Virus record (IMG/VR): IMGVR_UViG_3300036771_000101
Coordinates: 21,023-85,022 of that record
DNA: 64,000 nucleotides
Strand: one strand, 5' to 3'
From: a virus
A program made the position numbers and the translations under genes. Of the stretch, positions 46,822-56,052 are shown piece by piece (the stretch's first letter is position 1; every line of letters begins with the position of its first letter). The notes under the pieces were generated by a model. It had not been told where the DNA came from. It ran no database searches and was given only the letters and a program-made list of their open reading frames with translations.

Positions 46822-47012
46822 CCTATCCAAGCCGTCCGGGCCGCGGTCTCGGGGAAGTGACGCGGTCCGGACGGCCCGACCCGTTGGGAAGTCGGGGGCT
46901 GGGATGGGTGGGGGTGGGGCGATGAGATCGGAGAAGTCGTGGCTTGGGACGTCGCTAGCCGTCTTGCTACCGGCGTTGAGCGAATCGTACTAGAGATCGA
47001 GAGGTTGAGGCA

Positions 47013-48290
47013 GTGGCACTGAGGACGAGACGGACAGGATCGGCAGATTACGGAAGGTGGGTCAAGGCTCTCGTCTGTGGTGAGCCGGGAGTGGGGAAGA
47101 CCTTGTTCGGGTCTAGCTGGCCCAGCCCTCTCTACTTGAATGCAGAGGGCGGGCTCATGTCGGTCGCGGACAGAAACGTGCTCACCGTTGACGTCGAGGA
47201 CAGCCAGACGCTTTTGGAAGCGATCGTTGCTCTCCGGCAGGAGCCGAAAATTCGGGAGAAGATTTTCGGCGGCGAGGTCGAAACGGTTGTGCTGGATACG
47301 GTGGATGAGGTGGCACGGCTCTTGCAGCGGGAGCGGCTCACCGAAACGAGGAAGGAAACGTTGGCGCAGGCCGACTGGGGCTGGTTCGGCGATCAACTCC
47401 GTGGGATCATCCGCGGGCTCCGCAATCTCGATCTCCACGTCATCCTCACATGCCACGTGAAGACGACGGAGGACACGGACAGCGGAACGATGCTGGTCAA
47501 GCCCGCTGTTCAAGGCGCGGTCGGTGACGAGCTCGCCGGGTACGTAGATCTCGCCTTGCTTATGCGCTCCAACCCGATCCAGAAGGTTGTGGACGGCGAG
47601 GTCGTACGGGAGACAGCGCGTCTTCTCCAGACCTACGGCACGAGCAGGTACCCGTGGATCAAGGATCGGTCGGGGAAGCTCCCGCCGGAACTCGACATCA
47701 ACTTCGAAGACGACTACAAGCGGATTGACGAGGCGATCTTCGGTGGGCGGGACATCGACCGCACCGCTCCGCCCACTCCCCTTGTGGTCGAGGTTGAAGC
47801 TCCGGCATCGGTGGTCGAAGCTCTGGCTGAAACGGCCGTGGCGGAACCGGCGGAGAAAACGGTTGTACCGGAGACACCGGCGAAGAAGACCCGAGCCAAG
47901 AAAACGATGCCGCCGCCAGGTGTGGACCCGGGAACGGGAGAGATGGAGAAGTCCCTCATCGACCCGGCTGACGATCCGCACCCGCCTCTACCTGCGGACG
48001 CGATTACGGAACCGTTGATTCCGGAGCCTGAAGCTCCCGTGGAACCTGAGACTCCGCCGGAAGCTCCAGCCGAAACACCCGTGCCGGAAACGCCGGTGGC
48101 GGAAGCTGGGGCGGCAACTCAGGAAGAACCGAAAAACAAGATGGGCTTCCCCGACGACGGTCCGCCCTGGAAATGCGCGGACTGCGGCGATGAGTTTGAA
48201 GACCCGGACCAGGCCGCGCTGAGCCGCATCAGGTTCCGCAGGCTGCTGGACGGCAAGTGCTTCAGAGCAGCGAAAAGCGCGAAGAAGTGA
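47013..48290 (+). CDS. Sak4-like AAA_24 ATPase/recombinase
   Basis: Walker A GEPGVGKT, AEGGL, Walker B VVLDT, ILTCH, KDRSG; Pro/Glu-rich linker and C-terminal CADC. Confidence 0.85.
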   Translation: MALRTRRTGSADYGRWVKALVCGEPGVGKTLFGSSWPSPLYLNAEGGLMSVADRNVLTVDVEDSQTLLEAIVALRQEPKIREKIFGGEVETVVLDTVDEVARLLQRERLTETRKETLAQADWGWFGDQLRGIIRGLRNLDLHVILTCHVKTTEDTDSGTMLVKPAVQGAVGDELAGYVDLALLMRSNPIQKVVDGEVVRETARLLQTYGTSRYPWIKDRSGKLPPELDINFEDDYKRIDEAIFGGRDIDRTAPPTPLVVEVEAPASVVEALAETAVAEPAEKTVVPETPAKKTRAKKTMPPPGVDPGTGEMEKSLIDPADDPHPPLPADAITEPLIPEPEAPVEPETPPEAPAETPVPETPVAEAGAATQEEPKNKMGFPDDGPPWKCADCGDEFEDPDQAALSRIRFRRLLDGKCFRAAKSAKK

Positions 48291-48316
48291 CGACGGACTG
48301 AGATCAAGGAGAAACA

Positions 48317-48718
48317 GTGGGCAAGTACACCGTTGGCGAGTACGTAGAAACCCCGCCGATTCCCGAGGACACGATCTTCCCGGGGAAGATCATCGAGATC
48401 AAGGACATCGAGCGGGAGATCAAGGGCGAGAAGGTCGGCAAGGTCTCGTTCAAGGTCAAGCTCTCTGCACCGGGAACGGATTGGGACGGCTTCCATTACA
48501 CCGGCGAGGTGTTCTCCAGGCTTACGGAACACCCCGACAACCAGTTCCGTCTGTGGGTGGAGGCGTTGCTGGGACACGAGCTCCCGGCGGGATACGAACT
48601 CGACACCGACAAGCTGGTCGACATGCCGTGCCGGGTGGCGATCGGCTACCGAACCTACGTGAAGGACGGGAAGGACCGCTGGGTCAATTTCATCAGTGAC
48701 ATCCTGCCCGCTCGATGA
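48317..48718 (+). CDS. Putative single-stranded DNA-binding protein (OB-like)
   Basis: AAGGAG SD; beta-rich; follows the Sak4-like gene, the usual position for an SSB. Confidence 0.6.
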   Translation: MGKYTVGEYVETPPIPEDTIFPGKIIEIKDIEREIKGEKVGKVSFKVKLSAPGTDWDGFHYTGEVFSRLTEHPDNQFRLWVEALLGHELPAGYELDTDKLVDMPCRVAIGYRTYVKDGKDRWVNFISDILPAR

Positions 48719-48927
48719 GCGAGCTCTACCTCTGCATGTACTGCGGAAGGGAAGTGCGTCCCGCTTCCGATGGGACGTGGCGGGAGATCACCGGCTGGGT
48801 TTGTCAACGGTCGGGTGGCGGGGCGCACGGCGTCCACGGACAGGAAGCAACTGGCAGGTACGCCTGCCAGTCGTGCATGGAACTTGTTAAGCGTGGCATC
48901 TCTGTCGATCAAGGATCCATGTTGTAG
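48715..48927 (+). CDS. Small zinc-finger protein
   Basis: CMYCG...ACQSC; ATGA-coupled. Confidence 0.6.
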   Translation: MSELYLCMYCGREVRPASDGTWREITGWVCQRSGGGAHGVHGQEATGRYACQSCMELVKRGISVDQGSML

Positions 48928-49098
48928 AGGAGAGCTCTCATGGCCCGCTGTGCTTGCGGCAGGTTCCGGTCCTCCTGGTGGTGCCAGTGGTGCTGGGACT
49001 TCCGGGTGCGGAAACTCAAGAAGAACCTGCTGCGGGCGCAGCGGCGGTGGGAAGCAGTGGGCTGGTGCGGAAGTTGGCTGATCTGAGAGAGGGGTCCG

Positions 49099-51000
49099 AT
49101 GGCGGAGGACGTGCTGGCCTACCTCCAAAGCAAAAGCCTCCGCCCCCGGCGAGCCAGCGGGGTAGAGGTCCATCTTCCCTGCATGTTCTGCGGGGAGGAC
49201 GACTCGGAGCGAGGCAGGCTGTACGTCAACGTCGATCCGTACGCCACGATCACCGGACTGTTCCACTGTTTCCTCTGCGACGAATCCGGGTCGATTGTCA
49301 AGCTCAAGAAGTTCTACGGCGATTACGAACGACCAGTCGAGGAACACGACGACTACATCCGTCTCGCTATCCTGAAAACAGCGGCGGACTACTACCGCGA
49401 CATGCTGGAAAGCGAGAACCGCGACGTCCGGAACTGGCTCCGGGGTCCGGAACGGATGCTCGAACTTGAAACGGTCGTGGATGCCAACCTCGGTTACGCC
49501 CCGCCGGACACACAGGACGCCCTGTATCGGTTCCTCCGCAGTCTCAATTTCAAGACGGCAGACATCATGGCGACCGGTCTCGTCATCGACAGTAACGGGC
49601 GGCTCACCGACGCGTTGACGGGGATGGTGACGATCCCGTACTACGTGGCGGGGAACTGCGTCACGATTCGCGGGCGGCGCTGGCCGATGGAACCCGACGA
49701 GAAACAGAAGTACAAGACACTCGCCGGTCAAGCAGCACGGGTGTACCACTCCGAAGCGTGCTGGGGTGTCACCGAAGTGATGATCACCGAAGGGGAACTC
49801 GACGCACTCGTCCTGGGGCAGATGGGGTTCAACGCCATCGGGATCCCCGGAGCCAACGTGTGGCAGCCAGGATGGGACGTGTACCTGGAAGGGATGCGCC
49901 GCGTCTGGGTGGCGTTCGACCCCGACGAAGCAGGCGACAAAGGCGCAGAGAAACTCATCGAACGGCTGGGACCGAAAGCGCGACGGCTCCGACTCCCATC
50001 CGACGTCACCGAGTGGGTATCCCACGGCCACGGAGCCGACGAACTCACCCAGATCATGGCTGAGATGGGCCGCAGCCCGCTGCTCATCTCAGTCGATCAA
50101 GCCATCGATGAACACACCGAACTCCAAGCCGCCAAAGGAGTGAAGCTCGACTGTTCCTCGCTGGACAGATACATCGACCCGGGGCTGATGCCCGGGCAGC
50201 TGGTCATCATCCTCGCTGGCACGGGCGTTGGGAAAACAATCTGGATCGAGAACATGCTGCAACGCATCGCCTCCCACCCAGACCAAGCCGGGTTGAAGAT
50301 GCTGTTCGTCAGTCTGGAGCAGACCCGGGCCGAGTGGTGGGAACGAGCACGGAGAATCTGGCGGTTCTACAACCTCAACGGCACCGATCAGCAGTGCGCC
50401 AACTTCTGGCGGGCACGGCTCCAGCTGGTCGACAAGAACCGACTGTCAACCCACGAGCTCGAAGCGGTCCTGGACGACTTCGAGTACGAGATGGGCCAGA
50501 AACCCGACGTGGTGTGCCTCGACTACCTCGGCTACTTCGCACGGTCGTTCAAAGGGGAGCGGTACCAGCAGGTCGGCGACGCGGTGATGGAACTGAAAGC
50601 AGTAGCGAAGGAGCGGCGCATACCGTTCCTCGCTCCGCATCAGGTATCCCGCGGGACGACCTACGGCGAGGAACCCGACATCTCCGCCGCCCGCGACGCG
50701 GGAAGCGTGGAAGAAACCGCCGACATTCTCCTCTCCATGTGGCGTCCCGATCTCCAGAAAGGGAAACGGGACGAGGAAGTAGACGGCAAGGTACTCATGC
50801 GAGTGAAGAAGTCACGGGCAGGCAACGTCGGGAAAGTTCAAGAGTTCGTGTTCTGCCCCTTCTCGCTGGCGCTGGTGCCAACCCACGACCCGAGGTATTC
50901 GCGTGCGCATCTCATGGCAAAGGCCGAACTTCGCTGGGATCACGACCGCACTGTCGCTAGCTGGGAACAGGCGGTTCAGAGGCACCGCGGGGAGGGGTGA
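49099..51000 (+). CDS. DNA primase-helicase (Zn finger, TOPRIM, DnaB-like)
   Basis: CMFC...CFLC; ITEGELDAL; AFDPDEAG; Walker A AGTGVGKT; FVSLEQ; LDYL; HQVSR; GSVEETAD; KSRAG. Confidence 0.92.
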   Translation: MAEDVLAYLQSKSLRPRRASGVEVHLPCMFCGEDDSERGRLYVNVDPYATITGLFHCFLCDESGSIVKLKKFYGDYERPVEEHDDYIRLAILKTAADYYRDMLESENRDVRNWLRGPERMLELETVVDANLGYAPPDTQDALYRFLRSLNFKTADIMATGLVIDSNGRLTDALTGMVTIPYYVAGNCVTIRGRRWPMEPDEKQKYKTLAGQAARVYHSEACWGVTEVMITEGELDALVLGQMGFNAIGIPGANVWQPGWDVYLEGMRRVWVAFDPDEAGDKGAEKLIERLGPKARRLRLPSDVTEWVSHGHGADELTQIMAEMGRSPLLISVDQAIDEHTELQAAKGVKLDCSSLDRYIDPGLMPGQLVIILAGTGVGKTIWIENMLQRIASHPDQAGLKMLFVSLEQTRAEWWERARRIWRFYNLNGTDQQCANFWRARLQLVDKNRLSTHELEAVLDDFEYEMGQKPDVVCLDYLGYFARSFKGERYQQVGDAVMELKAVAKERRIPFLAPHQVSRGTTYGEEPDISAARDAGSVEETADILLSMWRPDLQKGKRDEEVDGKVLMRVKKSRAGNVGKVQEFVFCPFSLALVPTHDPRYSRAHLMAKAELRWDHDRTVASWEQAVQRHRGEG

Positions 51001-51944
51001 TGAGATGGGATCAGATCACACCGGAGATGATCGCCAAGGAACCTTTGTACGGGCAGCAGTTGCGGTTGTTCGCTCGGTACTGCCAGCAGACCGTGGGCAC
51101 ACCAGTGCCGCAGGGGAACCAGTACCCGGCGTTGGCTCGGAAGGTGAAGGCGTTCTTCATCGAGTATCCGGCTGCCGACTGGTACACGCTGTGTCGGATC
51201 GCCCACTGGTGCACCAGTCACAAGGTGCGACCCCGGACAACAGTCGGTCTGGTCTCGTGCTTCCGTTCCGCGTGGGCGGACGGGGCACTGTCGGAACTGG
51301 ACCCTCAGAGCATCGATCTAGAAGTGGAACGGAGGATCGAACAGGCGTTGGACACGGAACTGGACGAGGTGTGGCGGGACAAGCTGCTCCTGTCGAGGGG
51401 AGTGGAGACTCGCCGGAAGCTGATCGAGCAGTGGGAAGAGCGCTCTGCTCGAACTGCACGAACGGCTACCTCGGCGACTCGGGGGTCTACTGCATCGAGT
51501 ACCGCGAATTCATCGACAACGAAGAAGTCGCGTACGAGTGCGAAGCGTGGGACGAACGGTGAGCTCGGAGTCATCGTCCTCGATCTCGGGCTCCCCCCGG
51601 AACGACCGTTGTCGACCAACGAATCGAACCGGATGCACTGGGCGCAACGAGAACGGAAGCTGGAACCGTGGCGGAAAGCCGCCTGGGCCTTGGCGCAGCA
51701 ACAGAAACTCGCCGAGAAGGTGGGGGGAAGACAATCGAAGGTCACGGTGGTGATCCCGTTCCGCACCAAAACGAAACGGGACCCGTCGAACTACGTTGGC
51801 ACGGTTGTGAAATCGGTGGTGGACGGTCTCGTCACCGCCGGGGTATGGCCGGATGACGATCCTCGGTACGTTGAGATTCAGGAACCGTCACTGGTGATCG
51901 GTCGGAACGCAGAGGTGCACATACTGGTGAAGGAGGGGCTGTGA
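50997..51944 (+). CDS. rusA: Unknown N-terminal domain fused to a RusA-like Holliday junction resolvase
   Basis: C-terminus PLSTN...HW...RDPSNYVGTVVKSVVDGLVTAGVWPDDD (D..N..K...D.L.....DD). Confidence 0.75.
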   Translation: MMRWDQITPEMIAKEPLYGQQLRLFARYCQQTVGTPVPQGNQYPALARKVKAFFIEYPAADWYTLCRIAHWCTSHKVRPRTTVGLVSCFRSAWADGALSELDPQSIDLEVERRIEQALDTELDEVWRDKLLLSRGVETRRKLIEQWEERSARTARTATSATRGSTASSTANSSTTKKSRTSAKRGTNGELGVIVLDLGLPPERPLSTNESNRMHWAQRERKLEPWRKAAWALAQQQKLAEKVGGRQSKVTVVIPFRTKTKRDPSNYVGTVVKSVVDGLVTAGVWPDDDPRYVEIQEPSLVIGRNAEVHILVKEGL

Positions 51945-52294
51945 CGCAGGCACGCTTTGACGGTTTCGAAGTGAACGTCTACGAGGGGAAGCTCACCGGC
52001 GGGTTCGAACTGGATGAGCTTCAGGCAGCGAAACTGAACCTGGACAGGATCGCCGTGTTCGTCGTCGCGGCGCGGTTGGGGAAGGCGCAGGTGGAAGCGA
52101 TGAAAGACGGCGACGTGAAGCGCACCAACACGTTCGTGGTCAGCGAACTGCAGATCCTCGAAGGGGAACTCCGCGACCAGGCCATCCAGTACTTGGCGAT
52201 GCCGAACCAGGGGATCCTGGAGTTCGACCTGGATGACGAGGACGACGACGTGGAACTGGACGAACTCGCCGCCGAGGCTGTGCCTGTTCCGTGA
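51941..52294 (+). CDS. Acidic hypothetical protein
   Basis: AGGAGG SD; 117 aa. Confidence 0.7.
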   Translation: MTQARFDGFEVNVYEGKLTGGFELDELQAAKLNLDRIAVFVVAARLGKAQVEAMKDGDVKRTNTFVVSELQILEGELRDQAIQYLAMPNQGILEFDLDDEDDDVELDELAAEAVPVP

Positions 52295-52527
52295 TGGACG
52301 AAGAACAGGATCTTCTCTTCCAGAGCATCGCTTTCAGCGGCAGTCACGTGGAGGTGGTCTATCTGGAACCCCGCGACAGCGAAGGGCCGATCCAGGAGTA
52401 CCGAACACTCGTTGTGCCGGTGACGGTAGTGGCAGAACAGATCCCCGAGGTGTTCGATGCGCTCCAGCAGTTGGTGGATCACGCCCTTCTCGTCCGCCGC
52501 AACCCCCCCGAACGGATACGTCGGTAG
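52291..52527 (+). CDS. Hypothetical protein
   Basis: GTGA-coupled; 78 aa. Confidence 0.6.
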   Translation: MMDEEQDLLFQSIAFSGSHVEVVYLEPRDSEGPIQEYRTLVVPVTVVAEQIPEVFDALQQLVDHALLVRRNPPERIRR

Positions 52528-52534
52528 AGCCCAG

Positions 52535-52822
52535 TTGTCTCTTCAGAGCGTGCCGGTGCCGGGGGAGTGGGCGGATCTGGCGGCGTGTCGGGGACGGGAA
52601 ACGAGCGCGTTCTTCCCGTCCTACGGCGATTCGCATGGCGTAGTTGCCGAGTTCTGCAACGTGTGCCCGGTGAAACGGGAGTGCCGCGAGTACGGCTTGA
52701 AGTACCCGGGTCTCAAAGGGATCTGGGGTGGTCTGTCAGACCAGGAGCGTCGGAATGAGCGGCGTCGCCGACGAGAGTTCGTGCCGAGTGAGGGCGTCGC
52801 CGCTCGCCGCTTAGTGAGTTAG
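52535..52822 (+). CDS. whiB: WhiB-family transcription factor
   Basis: W...AACRG...FFP...FCNVCPVKRECREYGL...GIWGGLSDQERR. Confidence 0.92.
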   Translation: MSLQSVPVPGEWADLAACRGRETSAFFPSYGDSHGVVAEFCNVCPVKRECREYGLKYPGLKGIWGGLSDQERRNERRRRREFVPSEGVAARRLVS

Positions 52823-52854
52823 CCCACGCTCCCTCACTCGGCCGGAGGAATCCT

Positions 52855-53532
52855 ATGCTCGACAAGTTGGAGGTGCGAGAGCAGATCTTGGACTGTCGCG
52901 CTTGCGAGTTGTCGGAACGGAACCCGCCTGTTCCGTTCTACGGTCCGGTCCCGGCGCACATCGCGGTGCTGGGCGAAGGGCCGGGGAAAGAGGAGACGAA
53001 GCAGGGACGGCCGTTTGTGGGTCCCGCGGGGCAGGTCGCCAGAACAGCCATGCGGGATGTTGGTTTGGATGATGAGGCCATGACGTGGCTGAACGTGACG
53101 TGCTGCTGGCCGGGAGTCGGAACGAACCCGTCCGCAACACATGTCAAGAGTTGTGCCCCGAACCTTGAAATTCAGATGGCACTTCTCAAGCCGACGTACA
53201 TGATCGTGTTCGGTCAGTCTGCGCTGGGCGGGATCCGACCCGAGTTGACGATCAGAAGAGGAAGAGGGAAGCCGTTCCTCTATGGGGACACGATCGCGTT
53301 CGCGGTGTACCACCCGTCGGCGGTGCTGCGGAACGGGATGATGGCAGAGCCGTTCCGGCAGGATCTGGAGGCGTTCGTGGAGCTCGTGGATGATGGCCCG
53401 TCGCGGTGGCTGGAACATCTGTCCGACAGGTGTGTGTATTGCCCAGATTTCGTCGCTAGCTATGACGTCACGGGGATAGGTTTTTGTCCGCGGCACGATC
53501 CAGCGCGTGTCGGAGACGCTTTCCGTCGCTGA
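52855..53532 (+). CDS. Uracil-DNA glycosylase, family 4-like
   Basis: CRACEL, GEGPG.EE...GRPFVGPAG, N...C.P, YHPSAVLR. Confidence 0.9.
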   Translation: MLDKLEVREQILDCRACELSERNPPVPFYGPVPAHIAVLGEGPGKEETKQGRPFVGPAGQVARTAMRDVGLDDEAMTWLNVTCCWPGVGTNPSATHVKSCAPNLEIQMALLKPTYMIVFGQSALGGIRPELTIRRGRGKPFLYGDTIAFAVYHPSAVLRNGMMAEPFRQDLEAFVELVDDGPSRWLEHLSDRCVYCPDFVASYDVTGIGFCPRHDPARVGDAFRR

Positions 53533-53929
53533 TGGTCCGCCTTGGAACGCCCATGCGCTGCAGGGCTCGGAGCACGACTGATGGATCATGTCCGATCTGG
53601 CGTCCGATCTGGCGTGTAGAAAGGCCACTCTCGTAGAGTCGTTTCACCAAGGGCTCGTTGACTTTGGTGTGCTGTCGGCGGTGTTCGCTGCGCGTAAGGA
53701 CTTCGAGATTGCTGGGCCTGTTGTCGTCTTTCTGGCGATTCTCGTGATGGACGTCCCGTGGTGGGAGCCCAGCGATGAGGCGATGCTCGTAGCAGCGGAT
53801 ATAGCTGTAAGGTCCGACTTTCCATGAGAGCCGGATATAGCCGTTGCCGTCATGTGAACGCGAAGGCGTTCCCTGTGGGATTGGGTCGCCTGGTTTGAGC
53901 CAGTAGACGTGGTCCTTCTTCGCTCCCAT
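53468..53929 (-). CDS. HNH homing endonuclease with C-terminal HTH
   Basis: GYIR...YEHRLI...VHHENRQKDDNRPSNLEVLTRSEH; LYESGLSTRQIGRQIG. Confidence 0.85.
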   Translation of the reverse strand: MGAKKDHVYWLKPGDPIPQGTPSRSHDGNGYIRLSWKVGPYSYIRCYEHRLIAGLPPRDVHHENRQKDDNRPSNLEVLTRSEHRRQHTKVNEPLVKRLYESGLSTRQIGRQIGHDPSVVLRALQRMGVPRRTISDGKRLRHALDRAADKNLSP

Positions 53930-53981
53930 GACGAAAGTCTATCGTGACTTTGTGTAGACATGTTCCGGCACGGTCGTTTGC

Positions 53982-54010
53982 TTGCATGGTGACATCGCTG
54001 TAGTTACAAT
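53982..54010 (+). promoter_or_regulatory. SigA-like promoter (near-leaderless) for the mini-sigma gene
   Basis: TTGCAT-17 nt-TACAAT, with GTG 8 nt downstream. Confidence 0.55.
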
Positions 54011-54018
54011 GGGCGCCC

Positions 54019-54294
54019 GTGGACAACGACGTGACGGATGTCTGGCAGTCGTACTGGAGTGAGCCATCCTCAGACACCAGGAACCGACTCGTTCTCCAAT
54101 ACGCACCACTGGTGAAGTTCTACGCTCACCGCATACCCGGTGACCCGCAGGAGAGCGTGCAGCGAGGACTCGAAGCTCTCACTGCCGCCATTGACGAGTA
54201 CGCCCCCGGCAACGGATCGTTCGAGTCTCACGTCTCCGGAACGTTCAGGGACGCCTTCTCGTGGGATTCGGAAGGCTGGGTGGAGGCGTTCTAG
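54019..54294 (+). CDS. Sigma-28 (WhiG/FliA)-like region-2-only protein
   Basis: W..Y...PS...RNRLVLQYAPLVKFYAHR...GLEAL..AIDEY.P..GSFESH..G...D...W; stops where region 3 would begin. Confidence 0.7.
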   Translation: MDNDVTDVWQSYWSEPSSDTRNRLVLQYAPLVKFYAHRIPGDPQESVQRGLEALTAAIDEYAPGNGSFESHVSGTFRDAFSWDSEGWVEAF

Positions 54295-54587
54295 CTGGCG
54301 TAGCCAGCGTCGATCAGCGCAACGGTGAGATGTTCGTCGTTGTGTGCGTCAACGAACTCCGCGAACCACCGTCCCGAAACGGTGATGCCAGAGGTGCGCA
54401 CGAGGAGTTCGCGACCGTCGAGCCAGCCACGGGTGTAGTCAGCGGCGTCTTCGGTGTCGAGCCCTTCCAGCTGAAACTCGAACCGGCCCTGGATCCCGAA
54501 CCCCAGATCAACGAGGCAGGCGATCCGGTGACCTTCGCTGACGTCGAGCACTGTGTGAACGTGATGTTCGTACGGCATGCCGTTCAT
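54291..54587 (-). CDS. Degenerate thermonuclease (SNase)-like protein
   Basis: V.DVSEGHR...VDLGFG...QLEGLDTE...GRWFAE...LIDAGYA. Confidence 0.6.
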   Translation of the reverse strand: MNGMPYEHHVHTVLDVSEGHRIACLVDLGFGIQGRFEFQLEGLDTEDAADYTRGWLDGRELLVRTSGITVSGRWFAEFVDAHNDEHLTVALIDAGYAS

Positions 54588-54829
54588 TGCTTCGGGTAGG
54601 AGGGGCGTCCACCGAGCAGCCGGATCCCCTCCGGGGTGCGGATCGGCATTCCGGCTCGCTCCCAGCAGGGTGTGCAGAAGAACTGGCGGGTCCGCAGATC
54701 GAACGTTTCTTCGTACTGTTCAACGTATTCGTCGGGGGTGAGCTTCAAAGCGTCAGCCATCTCTTGGTACTCATCGATGTGGCTGGGGGTTCGTTGGCAG
54801 CCTTTGCAGATCGGGGTGGATCCGGTCAT
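54584..54829 (-). CDS. Small zinc-binding phage protein
   Basis: CKGCQRTP..IDEY...TPDEYV..E.TF....FFCTPCW. Confidence 0.65.
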   Translation of the reverse strand: MTGSTPICKGCQRTPSHIDEYQEMADALKLTPDEYVEQYEETFDLRTRQFFCTPCWERAGMPIRTPEGIRLLGGRPSYPKQ

Positions 54830-55119
54830 GTGTTCTCCTGCTGCCCCAACCATCGTTGGACTTGCGGAACGGTGAGGCTCACTCCCCTCTCCTGGAATTC
54901 GAGAGTCGCTATGAGAATCGGCATGAACTGTCTCTTGTCGGAGTGAACTAGCTGGTGGTGCCGCTGACACAAGAGGATTAAGTTGTCAGCGGTGTGCGTG
55001 CCGCCTTGAGAGCGGTATTGGATGTGATGGGCTTCGGCGTTGGGTGATCCGCACCAGCGGCAGCGGCCGTGGTCGCGCTCCTGGACCTCGCTGCGAACCT
55101 TCGGCGGGATGCTGCTCAC
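54826..55119 (-). CDS. HNH endonuclease
   Basis: ERDHGRCRWCG...HHIQYRSQGG...DNLILLCQRHHQLVH. Confidence 0.9.
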   Translation of the reverse strand: MSSIPPKVRSEVQERDHGRCRWCGSPNAEAHHIQYRSQGGTHTADNLILLCQRHHQLVHSDKRQFMPILIATLEFQERGVSLTVPQVQRWLGQQENT

Positions 55120-55342
55120 GGAACAGCCGTGTGAGCAGGGTCCTCAGACCACCGTCCCGAAATATGTACGCGGAGCTCGCCCCGTCTGAACGACCGTTTC
55201 TCGGAGGGGAAAGCTCTTTCCTTCGGCATGTTCCAAGACTACCGTCGGGTTATGCCGAACCTGTTGCACCTCAGCGTCATCGTGGTCGTCGGTCTCGTCA
55301 TCCTCGCCATCTGGGAAGAAGCCGTCGTCAAGAAGCAGCGGT

Positions 55343-55732
55343 TCAAAGGACGAGGTTCAGGTCGATCTTGAGGGTGTCTCCCGCCACGATCTGACGAGAC
55401 GCGTTCAGCTGAATTCGAGCTAGTGAGATTCCATCGGCGTGGAGCTCGATGCTTTCGATAGTTCCCCAGGGTTCCTGAGCGGTGAACGTGATCGTCTTGT
55501 CAAACGCTTGGCGTTCATAGCCTGCTCCGGACACCTCTTCCGACTGGTCGGTGTAGAGCGCAACCTGAAGTGTTTCCGGGGCGTTGTGGAGCAGCATGTG
55601 GAGTCGCATGGTCGGGTTGGCTTTCGCCAACTCGTACCCGATCTGCCGCAGGTTGGCTTCGAGCGGATCGAGGCTCGGATGCAAAGAGAGGGTTTCGACC
55701 ATGTCGATTCTGGCGTCGAGTTCGTCGCTCAC
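55343..55732 (-). CDS. Stand-alone paralogue of the small virion beta protein (paralogue 5)
   Basis: VALYT...EVSGAGYERQ...ITFTAQEPWGTI...RQIVAGDTLKI; GTGA-coupled. Confidence 0.6.
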   Translation of the reverse strand: MSDELDARIDMVETLSLHPSLDPLEANLRQIGYELAKANPTMRLHMLLHNAPETLQVALYTDQSEEVSGAGYERQAFDKTITFTAQEPWGTIESIELHADGISLARIQLNASRQIVAGDTLKIDLNLVL

Positions 55733-56052
55733 GAGCGTGTCCAGTCTGTTGTCCAGGTCCAATAGCCAGATTCGCCTGACCAGCGCGGAATGGAACCGAT
55801 GAAGTGATTCACTCGGACACGGTAGGTGCGGCCCGCTTCGAAGATTCCCCGCGTCGCGTAGGTCTCGACCACCGCCCCCTTGGGGATGATGATGGTGTCG
55901 CCTTGGTGGACCCGGTCGGGGAACTCGGAGCACATGACGGGGCGGGTCAGGAACCAGCGGCCCCACGAGCAGCGTGGACACACCCGAGGGTCGATCGTCT
56001 GCCCTTCCTCTTCGAGTTCCCGTTCCCGAGCGACGACGTCGGTGTGGTCCAT
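55729..56052 (-). CDS. Hypothetical protein
   Basis: TGATG-coupled; CPRC motif. Confidence 0.55.
   Translation of the reverse strand: MDHTDVVARERELEEEGQTIDPRVCPRCSWGRWFLTRPVMCSEFPDRVHQGDTIIIPKGAVVETYATRGIFEAGRTYRVRVNHFIGSIPRWSGESGYWTWTTDWTRS

Noticed and set aside
46822-47012. Protein-like frame (WDGWGWGDEIGEVVAWD...) between the exonuclease and the ATPase
   Set aside because: No start codon before most of it and an in-frame TGA upstream; it cannot be supported as a gene.
48954-49469. Alternative-frame ORF overlapping the primase start
   Set aside because: Mostly overlaps the primase-helicase in another frame and has low-complexity composition.
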